From the NCBI GenBank assembly GCA_051294905.1, contig CM119375.1:3720001-3784000 (forward strand): a stretch of DNA of 64,000 nt, read 5' to 3'. Below are positions 12,601 to 24,600 of the stretch, one piece after another. The position numbers and the translations under genes are program-made. Source of the stretch: Botryllus schlosseri. Its lineage: Eukaryota. The notes under the pieces were generated by a model, which was given only the letters and a program-made list of their open reading frames with translations, did no database searches and had not been told where the DNA came from. The number at the start of each line of letters is the position of its first letter. Within the stretch, counting starts at the first letter, position 1.

Positions 12601-15600
12601 TGGGCTGTCCAATACTATTACAGAGACGGCTGAGGTCTTTGTTCCAGCACTGTTCTCGAGCGTCAAAGTATACTGCCCGGTGTGATCTCTGCAACATACA
12701 GTTAAATAGTATATTTGTATTGAAATAAACCCGAATATTTTCGGCTGACACTCATCAGGGGTAATCGTCAGGCACTAGTATAGATTTCAAAACTACTTTG
12801 CATATATGAATGTTGATCTATTATTATGGTATACCTTGCAGATCTTTCAATCAGCATCAACGTAGTACTATCGCTTGTGTTCACGTTAGCTTGATCTGGT
12901 AAGAACGTGTCGTCCTTGCGCCAAGTGACAGAAGGAATTGGACTTCCGTGATACGTCGCTAGTATCCTGACCGAGTTGCCTGCTTTGACCTTCAAAGCCT
13001 GTCTCAAGCTGACGTCCATATCCATATCAGGAGCCGATAAGATGTCTCGTACCGAGACTTGACCTGGTACTAAGGCTGGTTCTCCAACGCCTGATTGATT
13101 TGTAGCAGACACTCTGTAACGAAAACAGATTTGGGAATAACAATGTTAACTATAATAACGTCAAAATGCGAGCCCTCCAGGTTTAGTTTTGCTTGAGAAA
13201 CGAAAAACTGATAAGTAAAATTGAAAAATGTTATAAACATAACCAATTATACACAAGTACCCCAAATCGTAGTCATAATTCGTTAGTGACCCGATCTGAT
13301 GATCCCTGGCATGGGGTACACGCAATGGTGAGATTAAAACCTCTAAAAGTGCTGACGTCACAATATTTGAGTCAAATATACTGAAGTAAAAAAAAAATTC
13401 TGGTTATTTATAGAAATATTTTTACCGAATTTTGTACTCCGCATTTTCCGACAATCCTTTGACCGCGAATTCGTGATCCTTGAATCCAAGCGGCATATTG
13501 CATTTGACCCAATTTACTTCGTCTTCTCCCGCTTGTAATTTCGCGTATTCCACCAAATATCCCGATATATCTTGCCCACCATCGTAATTCGGCTTTTTCC
13601 AAGTCAAATCCACGCTGTTCCGAGTGGTTGAGACCACGGCTGGTGACAATGGTGGCCCTGGTGGGTACACCGGGTCTACGATGCTGATGTGAGGTGAAGG
13701 TTCTGACGGCTCGCCTGGGCCGGCTGCGTTTTCGGCAATGACACGGAACTCTACTTCTGAATCTTCAACTAGTCCAGTCACCCTGAAACGCTTTTCAGTG
13801 ATGTTTTTCTTGGTTGCGCGCACCCAGCGTGTGCCTTTCCTGATATAGAAATAAATTTTGTATTGAGTTTATGGCAATGTTGAGATTTCTTGAGTCACGT
13901 TTTACGTGACTCGAGTGACTACCCTCAAAGTCGCTCAACTTGTATGTTTTGACTCTTGTCTCAGAGTCAAATTTTAAAGTCCATTTTCAAGTCATTGAGT
14001 ATTCTACCACACAGCATTGTGGACTTCTCAGCCTCTTAAATTGACTGTGTCATCAATATTTTGGAGTAGTAGTAGTAGTAGTATTTAATACCAACACAGG
14101 TTGATGACAAATGTAGCAATGTAGAAAGGGAGAAGGTATTGAAATCCAGACATATCAATTTGTTATACATAAATGTGCTTTGAAAATACTTTACCTGTCT
14201 CTTTTCTGTAGAATATAGTTGGTGATTTCAGCACCGCCATCGTTCTTTGGTCTTTCCCAAGTTACGACACAAGAGTCTTTGGTGACATTAGCAATTTCCG
14301 GCAGCGAGGGCTTTCCGGGGGCCGTGAATTGGTTTTCGGCACGGAAGGGCTCGGATTCTTTAGGCTCCCCTCGTCCGTATTTATTGACGGCCATCACGCG
14401 CACCACATACTCGTTGTGCTCGATGAAATTTGTGGCTTTCAGTGAATTGCCTTCAGCCTGAAAACATGGGATCACAAATTGCGCTCTTTCTTAGTATTGA
14501 TGATTTTATACAATGCATGCCATTCAAAAGATTTGATTTCTTTTTTGTCTCAATTCAAAATTTCTTGAAATTTTCAATGTCATAGAAAAAAAAATCCATT
14601 AGCCCTGGGGTTCTTAACCGGTGGTACGGGTCCATGAAAAGTCAAGGCTGAAATTACAACTATAAACTATAAAACTACATTGTCCTTATGTGTCCTTTTT
14701 GACTCATATACAACTTACGATAAAGACAATATTAATTGCATTTGAACTGGTAATCAGCTCCCTAAATTTCGTGGTTACGGCATCCACATCCAAGTAATCA
14801 CCAAAAAAAATTTCGAAGTCAGTGCTACAAAATGGATAAGAACCATTTTGGATTTATAAGATCATGAATTGATAAATTACCAATACATAAGGCTAATATT
14901 GTAGATGGACCTTTATTTTATCCCTAGATCGTCAGAAAGCAAGTCAAAAATTTATAGATAAGGAACAACGCATCATCAAGTCACATAATAACCAACTCAC
15001 ATTGCTATCGATTAGAGTCCACGTTAGTCTGCTTGTCTCGCGTTTTTCCACCACATAGTGGGTGACATTGGCGCCTCCATTGTCACTGGGGGTAGCCCAT
15101 GATATTTTCACTCGTCCTGCACTGATGTCAGACACCGTTACAGAGCCGGGTGGTCCAGGTCTATCCAGAACTTTGACGGTAACGCCGAGAGTTTTTGCCC
15201 CGCCAATGTTTTTCAAGTGAAGCACGTATTGACCGGAATTGGTGCGCCGTGCGTCGCGTATGTGTACTGCGCTGGACGTATCACCGTTTTCAATACCGAG
15301 TGCTGGATTTTCAAGCAATTTTTCGCCATCTTTTTCCCAAGCAATATCAGGTCTGGGTTTGCCTATTGGAAAACAGTAATGTATTTAGCGTTAACTGCTT
15401 CAGTTTGAGAGATATGTCCTTTGTATGTAATAGTGCTCCATTTACTTGAACATGGCAAAGTTGATTTATAACCTGATGAGGCAGTCATATATCCAAACTT
15501 TCATCAATTCAAAAACACCACAACATTGCCATATAATTAAAAGATAAGAGGGTGCTGAAATGACTTGGAATAGCTTTTTAATAAAATACATATGTATGAC

Positions 15601-18600
15601 TAATTAATATTAGCAATGTTGTAATTACTGTATTTTATAACAGGCACCGCTTATAATCAAGAGATTCACCTTGAATTTTATTTAACATCGATAACTAGTA
15701 AATCCATTTTTCCAATATCCATCACAAGATGAAGGAAGCATTCTAATCTTTTTAAACAGTGAAATCGGGAAAGTCCAATACCTAGTTTTAATGCTACTAA
15801 CATCAAATGATATCGGCAGAAATTATTTCACCTGCTATCTTCGCTTCTAGTTTTACTTGTTCGCCGGCTTTCACAACAATAGTGTCTCGGTATTTGGCAT
15901 CAAATTCGATTCTCGGTGGTATAACCTCATCGCGACAGGTAACAGGATAGGATTCGTCAGAATAGTCGGATGACGAATCGGCTGCGTTTTTAGCCAGTAT
16001 CCTTCAAAATAACTCAATGTCACATATATAATATATCACATATACCATATATCACACATACAATATATCGCATATATCACGTTTATCATATATTACATAT
16101 ATCATATATACCACATATATCAGATATCATAGTCATTAGTCGTGATCTAACCTGAATATGTATTCAGCACCTTCGTTTAGACCAGTCACAGTAAATGTAG
16201 TATCAGCAACATTATTGAAGTTACATTTGAGCCACCGACCATCGGGCAATTCTTTCTTTTCGATGACATAGCCTGAATAAGAAATATGCCATGTTATACA
16301 ATATTTCCACACACATTACATGGTTATACCAGTAATTCTTGTTCCGCCATTGTACTCAGGCTTCTTCCACTGAAGCTTAACCATATTGCGTCCAACTTCG
16401 AGTACCTCAGGTCTGCCGGGTGTGTCAATTTTGTCTCGGCATATCACGGACTCGGACGGTTTGCTGAATTTACCATTTCCGGCCATATTTTCGGCACACA
16501 CTCGAAACGAGTATTCCAGATTTTCGGTCAAACCTCCCACCTGGCAGTTGCAATGCGATATTTTATGTTCCACCACAGAGATATTTATTAACTTACCTTT
16601 GCGGAAGTCGTTTTTACAGGACTGCGAATAGCAGGCGTCCACAGGATCGAGTTTTTATCTTTCTTTTCAACATGATAAGCAAATATCTTTTCTCCTGAAT
16701 GACATCATGATTTCGTGTGATTCAATCATCAAAGTCAATAAAAATAATGGCAGATACACGGCCAGAGGTGGTCAGCAATGAAGTGCTATCACTCATTTGG
16801 AGTACTTAAGAAGGTTTTACTTTTGTTAGGTAATAAATTAAATTGAAGATGGAAGGATATACATGAATTATCCTATATAAAATATATTGATACAAATCCT
16901 ACCTCCATCATGATCCGGAGCTTGCCATTCAAGTGATACGGAATCTGATGTGACATTAAGAATGTCTGGTATGCCTGGTGCCCCTGGTTCCTTGAACGGG
17001 TATTCAATCAACACTGGTGTGGAATCCAACGGATCCGATCGACCGAATCTATTGTCAGCATATATGCGGAATATATATTCATGGTCTTTGTCTAGCCGTG
17101 ACACTTTCAAAGTGGTTCTTGTGACAGCGCCTGCGACTTCAGTCCATTTTTCGTTATCTTTCTTGCGTTTTCGCACCAGGTAACTGTTGATTGGTGCTGC
17201 GCCGTCAAATTCAGGAGCTGCCCATGTCAGAGTAACGGAATCTCCGTTTATGTTACTGAATTCGACCGGGCCTTTTGGTGGACTTGGTCGGTCGAACACA
17301 ACAACCTGTCGAACGCACAGTGAGATTCATCATCTGCTACCATTTCTACTAGCAATACGGTAAGTTTTTGGTATTAAGACGGGGGAATTGATAATATAGG
17401 CACAAGGTATTGAAACAGTTCATATTATGTCTTATATACTCATACTAAAGCAGGGCCCAACGATTTGAGCACTGCATACAAATCAAGTATAAATTGCAAA
17501 AATCTTAGTGTAGTTGCGGAATAATGATATTAGGTAGTTCTGCAACTCAGAATCATTTCATCAACAAGAATTATAACTACAATACTTTCGTCTCAGTGTG
17601 GGAGTCTTCAAGCATGCAGGGCAAGGAACGTACATAACTTTCGTTGTTAGTCAAATCTATATTTCTATATTACATTGCTCTTGCATAAGAGATACTTATA
17701 TGCACTCTCTTACTCTGTGTAATGTCACTACTACTAGAATTAGAACACTCAACTCTAAGCTTAATGCTTGACTCGTAAATAACTCAAATCAGGTTCTTGA
17801 TTTGCACAAGCCTGATTACATAGTTTTTCGAAATATTTATTGTTACAAACCTTCACAGGTATAGTTTTGGTACCAGCAGAGTTGCTAACGACGAGATCAT
17901 ATGTGCCAGCATCGTCTCGACAACAATTTTTTATATTCAGCATTGCATCGTTGCCGACGGTCTCAGCGTTGACGCGCTGGTTTTCTTTCAGATTTTCTGC
18001 ATTTCTCATCCATTGCACAGTAGGCATTGGCTTGCCTGCGAAACATATAGATTTAGAGACACCGTCATTTAAGTCAGTGCAAAAAGAATTAGTACCAAGC
18101 AATGGCAACTTCAGAGCGATATGCGACCCTGCTTTGGCGTTGATAGATCCCATATACAGGGCACTGAGATCAATGTCCGGCTTTGAAATATCATCCTTCA
18201 CCAGAATCGGATGTCTTGTCTGTAATGGTTCCCCTTCGCCGACTTGATTTACGGCCTTCACCCGGACGTGATACTCAGATCCCTCGTGCAAATCAGCAAT
18301 AAACGCACTGTAAGTGAATGAGACATTCATATTGAAATGAGCCAGGATGTTTTCGGCAGCCATTAGTCAAAGGTAATATATCCGCAGCTAGCAGAAAGTT
18401 CCAAAAAAAATTCAATATAAGCAATCTCAGTAGAAACTCTTGGAAGTACAGGACTTCAATATAGATTTGAATAATATATTCATATTGAAATTCACCCAAA
18501 TAATTTTGGCTGATCCTCGTCAGAGGTTAATCATCAGTAACTAGTTGAGAATTGAAAAAAATATTGTACAGGAACATCGTATCATCGAATGGTATAAAAA

Positions 18601-21600
18601 TTCAAATAATAAAGGCGAACAAATCGCTAAAGCCAAATCTGTACTATTTTTATATTATACAAAAACTCCTTCTTTTGTTCACCTCGAATATTCGAATTTC
18701 GTTTAAAGGGGTTTGTGTATAATCTAAAGTTAGTACATTGATCTTACGATATTTGTTCGCCTTGATTATTCGGATTCTCACGCCTGTAACGTCATATTTG
18801 ATGATATAACTGTTGACATACACTGTTCTCTATAGTTATTTACTAGTTACTGACGAATACCCCTAATGAGTAACAGTGGAAAATCGCAGGTTTATTTCAC
18901 TATGAATATATCATTTGAATAATAATCGGAAGAATTGAAGGATTTGATATACTCACGATAGTTTCGAAGTCGTGCATTTCGTAATCCAAGGTTCTGAGCC
19001 GCATTTTTGAATTTCAACGACGTAACTGCTGATGGCGCTTCCACCATCAGACTCAGGCTTCACCCAAGAGATTGACAAAGATGATTTCGTTACATCGTCA
19101 ACAGTTATAGATTTTGGAGATCCCGGCACTTCACACATCATTACAGGCCGTTTTGTGTCTTCCGGCTCTCCGATACCGTACTTGTTTTCTGCCATAACCC
19201 TGAAGAAATACTCTTGACCTTCTTCCAATCCTGTGACTTTGAACGTGTCCCTGTGGACTTCAGTAGCGACTGTAGTCCAAGCTTTCCTCGTGGGCATACG
19301 TTTTTCTACCAAGTAATTAGTGATGGCAGCGCCTCCATCTAGTTTCGGTTCATCCCATAACAAGAACGCAGAGCTTTTAGTGACATCTTTCACTGCTAGA
19401 TTTTGTACCGGTCCAGGTGCATCCAACACTTTTACGTTAAGCGACAAAACTTTAGTGCCGGCCGCGTTCGCGAGAAGCAATTCGTATTTTCCTGCATCAC
19501 TACACTTAGCTTTCTCAATGATTAGCAAACTGTATGACGAAGTGGTCTCAACAGTGCTTCGATCTGACGGAATACCGCCCTCTTTGGTCCATGTTATTTC
19601 AGGAGTGGGGCGTCCACGTATGGTTACAAACATACGTATGGATCCCCCGGCGCGGACTGTGATGGTTTTTCTCATGTCGGCGTCTAGTTCGTAGTTTGGC
19701 GCTTCCAAAACTTCGACCGGTGTCATTTCGTTGCTGGCGTTGCTGGGTTCTGACTTGCCTGCATTGTTGATTGCGATGACTCGGAATCTGTGAGTAGCGA
19801 ATGAAGGAAATCAGTAAAAGCAGTGAGCTGTAACAAGTAGTGAAATGTTTCTTTGCTGTTATTCTAATTCGAATCAAATTTTTGTGATTTTTTATTATCT
19901 AGTTTTAATTCTAATTGAGTTTATGGCTTTCCCGAAAGTGCTACAGGCGAACCATATGGTACCATTCAATCTTGCTATAGAAACATTTGCTATTCCTATG
20001 CTTATAGTAATGGACTCATGGATTAATGGATTTCATACGAACTGAACTTCATTTAATGTCAAAAGTTTTGCGAATTCACTAATTCCATTCTAATTTGGAT
20101 AAAAATTGTGTAGCTATAATTATAATTCGAATCTAATTTGGGAAAGCTGAAAAAAGATATTCATTTACCATGATACAGGTGCCATTTTGCCAATCGTTAT
20201 GAAAATTTCACTCATAATAACGATGAATAACGTATCGCAAAACCATCTTCTACTTTCAAAGAAAGGTACAAAAGTAGAAAATTCTGCCTCATAAAGAGTC
20301 GCAAAAAAGTAGAAGTATTTTGAAACATACTTTGAAGATATAGCAGATAATTACCAGTCCGAGAGCGTTACTAACCTGTACGTAGTGTCAGATTTCAAAT
20401 CAGGAATCACGCATTCTTCCTTCGTTATTTTCCTGTTCGTACTGCGAGTCGGCACAAAATCAAATGATCCAGCAATGACGACTTCAACCTCATATTCTGT
20501 TATAGGCGCGCCTCCATCGTAAGTGGGTTTACTCCAAGACAGAGTAATTGTGCTTTTGGTCGAATCTGACATATGCGGCGCCGTAGGTGTGCCTGGTACG
20601 TCTGTAATTTTTTTTGTTTAGTAACAGGCGCACATGATTTTGACAGCCTTTCTTACAAATTGGATCTCGTGCTATCGATATGTTAGAGCTGTCGCTGATT
20701 GGCCCAATCCCGGCTTTATTTTCCGAAGACACTCGGAATTCATATTCAGTATTTTCGTTCAATCCAGTGACGCGAAGTCTGTTTTCATGGACAGGTTCCT
20801 TGTTACATCTGAATATATATTTATAAAAACGATGTACAATGGAATGTTGAATCGTCAGCAACTATTACAGAATTGGAAAGAACGTTGTATATCAGTAATA
20901 TACTGTGCTTATTCTTTTTTTTTGGCAAATTTTTCAAAATCTGCACCACTAGTCATTTCAGTCTTCATCAAATGATTTTGACATTTCAAAAACCCAATGC
21001 ATTACCCACCTAATCCATTTAAGACCGGATTTGGTCTTTCGCTCCAAGTTGTATCCGATAATCTCACTTCCACCATCCGATTCTGGCCTCTCCCAAGTCA
21101 CAGTCATGGTGTTGCCGGTCGTTTTGGTAACTTCAGGCTTGCCAGGCTTACCGGGTACATCTACGCAAATACACAGCTTCGTATATCCCTTCTACGTTAT
21201 ATTGGAATGGGTATAGAAATGTACCAAATGGATTCTTTGCGATCACCGATGCAGATTCAGCAGGCGGGCCAACACCGTATTTATTCTGAGCCGATACTCG
21301 GAAAATGTATTGGTTTCCGGCGATGAGTTTGGTACAGTTGATGTTGCAGTGCATGCCAGATTCACCAACCTACGAAATTTCAGAAGTCTCATTTTAAGTA
21401 AATGCAGCTGTGCAGTTGCAAGGTCATTGCGCTCTAAATATAATGCAAAAATATTATTGGCATCCTCCGTTTTCTTCAAGAAGCAGACATATTTGAATTG
21501 CAGCTAAGATTTTAAGAAGCGGAATGTAACCTCCATGAAAATCATTCAGCTGCAGTACGAATACAGTGGATTTCTGAGAAACATGGATACTCAATGAATT

Positions 21601-24600
21601 TTTCTCACATCTTGAACCTCAATTTGATGTCACATCATATTTAGAGATCAATGCCGCATAACAAATATCTCACCGAAGTCCAAAGCAAGCGACTTGTCTC
21701 TCGTTTTTCAACGATATAATTGGTGATTTGACTTCCGCCATTTTGCTTAGGCTCACTCCAAGACAGCTTGCATTTTTCTGCCATTACGTCGCTTATCTTA
21801 ATAGGTCCTACAGGTCCTGGTTTATCTGTAATGGTTCAGAAATATTTGATCAGTCAATATAACATGAGAATGATGAGGGAAACAATTCCATGGTTACCCA
21901 AAACATCCACTTTGCAAGACACGGATTTGATCCCGTATTTATTAGACGCTGTCAAGGTATATTCGCCTGCGTTCGCCAATTTAACCTCTTTCACGCGTAA
22001 CGTTGAGTGTGTCAATGTACGTTCGAGCTTAACGCCATCTTTTTCTCGTATGTCCAAGTCATTCAATGTCCATGCAGCTGTAAGTGGACAAGGTTTGTCA
22101 TTGATTCGAATACGATTCTATTCATTTGACTTACCAGTGGGTACAGGCTTGCCTTCTATTTCAGCTCTGAGTTGTAAGTCCTGACCGGCTCGTAATGTGA
22201 CTCCATTGATCAAGTTTGCGTCCAGGGTAATAGATGGAGTTTCTAATGTGTATAACAAAATCAGATTAGAATACTATCTTCGTATTAAAATTAGAATCGT
22301 CAGTAACCAGTAAAGAATATGAAAGAGCTGTGTGCATCAACAGCAGCATCACTGAATATGATCAAAATGAAGAACACATGTAATTGTAGAGACTAGAGAT
22401 GTATTATATAATTATATAATTACATATGGAATAAAGAGAAAAATGAAGTTTGAATTTACAAATGACTTTACTGCATCCACCAAACTAAATTTGACTCTCA
22501 ACTTGGTTGTGAAGTTTCGATGATATATTTTAGACTAAAAATGTATAGAACACTCCAAATGAGCCTCGACAAACTGCAATAAACTACTTCTAAGCTTTCA
22601 ATTTTTGTTTGAGATGAGCTCTGCTCAAGATGTGATTGGTATGACTCTAATTAGGAACATAATTTCATTACTTTTGTTCAATTTTGGTCTTTAGTCACAT
22701 ATGTATATTTATTTTTTGTATTAATTAATTAGTTATGCAGATTGTAATTGATCCCAAAATACTTGGCATCCGGTATGACTCACCAAATTCTTCCTTACAG
22801 ACGATAGGTCCAAGTGGGTAAGAAGGAAGTGATGTATTTCCTGCAGCGTTTTTAGCAGTGACTCGGAAGCAGTAGCTTTCTCCAGCGATTAGATTTCCAG
22901 CCTTAACATATTTGCAGTATAAATTGGAATGATTTAATAAGCAGGGAGATATGGTACTTACCACAAAGTCTGTGGCTGATACGTTGCTGACATTGCATTT
23001 CATCCAAAGCGGCGCTGGCAAGCTCTGTTTTTCTATATCATAACCAACGATTCTGTGTCCGCCATCCGATTTTGGTGGTTCCCATCGTAAACTTATCGAT
23101 TCATTTGTAGAACCGTATACACATAAGTTATATGGTGCATCTGAAAGCACAATACGTTACATATCTACTCTGATGTGATTGACAATCCTCTATACCGATC
23201 GGATCCAATGCGAAGTGTGCGCTGCTACTTAACGATGGCTCTGATTGTCCCGATTGGTTTATAGCCATAACACGGTATTGATATTCGAGGCCTTCCGTGA
23301 GACCGTGAACTTTATACTCTGCATAACAGAAGACCATGTTCGTCAACATAGTTATAAAGTCAGAGTTGAATTTATTCTTTATAAGAAATTTCATAAAAAA
23401 TCAGAATTGGATTTCGCGAAAGATATACAGGCTCCATTGTCTAGTCAGAATCACACTACTTTAATATCAAAGCAAACGATCTCAAATGTTACTAAAATGA
23501 TGTTTCAGTTACAGATGCTATTAAGATTTTCAAGTTTGCTGGCCTTCGCCACCTTACTTTATTCCTGCAGGCATAGTTTTATTTACCAATTAATATTTCA
23601 AAAAATTGACCGATTCAATCGTCAATATTAATAATTAAAAAATGGAATAAACTTGTTATTTGCTGAAATTTACGGGTATGTTCGAGTTGGAGTTCTGTGA
23701 CAAAATACTCAGAGTCAGGAGTCTGTATATTGAGAATATCTGGAGTAAGATTAGTAGTTGCAGTCAACAGATCTGTTAGGCCCTAAATAACATTTCTGAT
23801 ACACGAATTTCAGCGCTACCTGTGCTGTGAGTCTTTCCCGCATTCTTCCACATAATTGAGTTACGTTCCTTCATCTCTACGATATATCCAGTAATGGGCG
23901 ATCCACCATCTTTAGCTGGAGGAGACCAGCTAATATCCATCGAATCTCGCTTCACATCATCGACAGTAACATCCTCGGGAGGTTGTGGTACATCTACATT
24001 ACAGATAGCCATGAGCATTAAATATATATATATTGTGAATTCGGTGTGCATACCAAAAGGATATTTCGCGATTACTGTCTCTGAAAGAACGGGAGAGCTC
24101 ATCCCGTGCCGATTTTCTGCCATTACCCTGAAGGTGTATTCGTTGCCTCCAAGCAGTCCAGACACTCTACAGGTTGTCCTGGCTATTGACGATGTCACGG
24201 TGACCCAGTTTCCGTTCATGGTGTCACGTTTTTCAACGACATAATTTGTTATTTCAGATCCTGCATCAATAATTACCTTCATTGGAAGCAACAAGATGTA
24301 TAAATCTAGTATTCAATTATTTCTATTCTCATACAGATATATAGGTTGTTTAATTGAAGTATTACAAATATATATGATTCTCAATCTGATACACATATAC
24401 AGCAGAGACGCATATTTGATGAAAATGATCTTAGGACCAAACTAAACACAAAATTGCATGTGACATAATGTTCTAATATTAATGGTGTCATGTCTAGAGT
24501 GAGACAACATTCCATCTCTAAATTTTACTTTATAATACATCTGGCTCAAACCTCCATCATCTTTAGGTGGGCTCCAGTTCAAGACTGCAAATTCCGCCGT

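Noticed and set aside
14605-14630. hAT-like terminal motifs (ctggggttcttaacc here; cagtggttctcag at ~59710)
   Set aside because: No partner terminus or TSD found; too short to call.
16316-16694. Apparent frameshift in ORF 16316-16642 ([12 protein letters not shown]...)
   Set aside because: Resolved by a 56-nt intron (16541-16596); the upstream exon is in another frame (…SPVKTTSAK|VGGL…).
320-20375. Introner-type origin (introns being the transposons themselves) for the internal introns
   Set aside because: Family A, family B and SINE copies lie inside introns, their termini do not coincide with splice sites, and intron ends share no sequence beyond the splice consensus. An ancient TE origin cannot be excluded.
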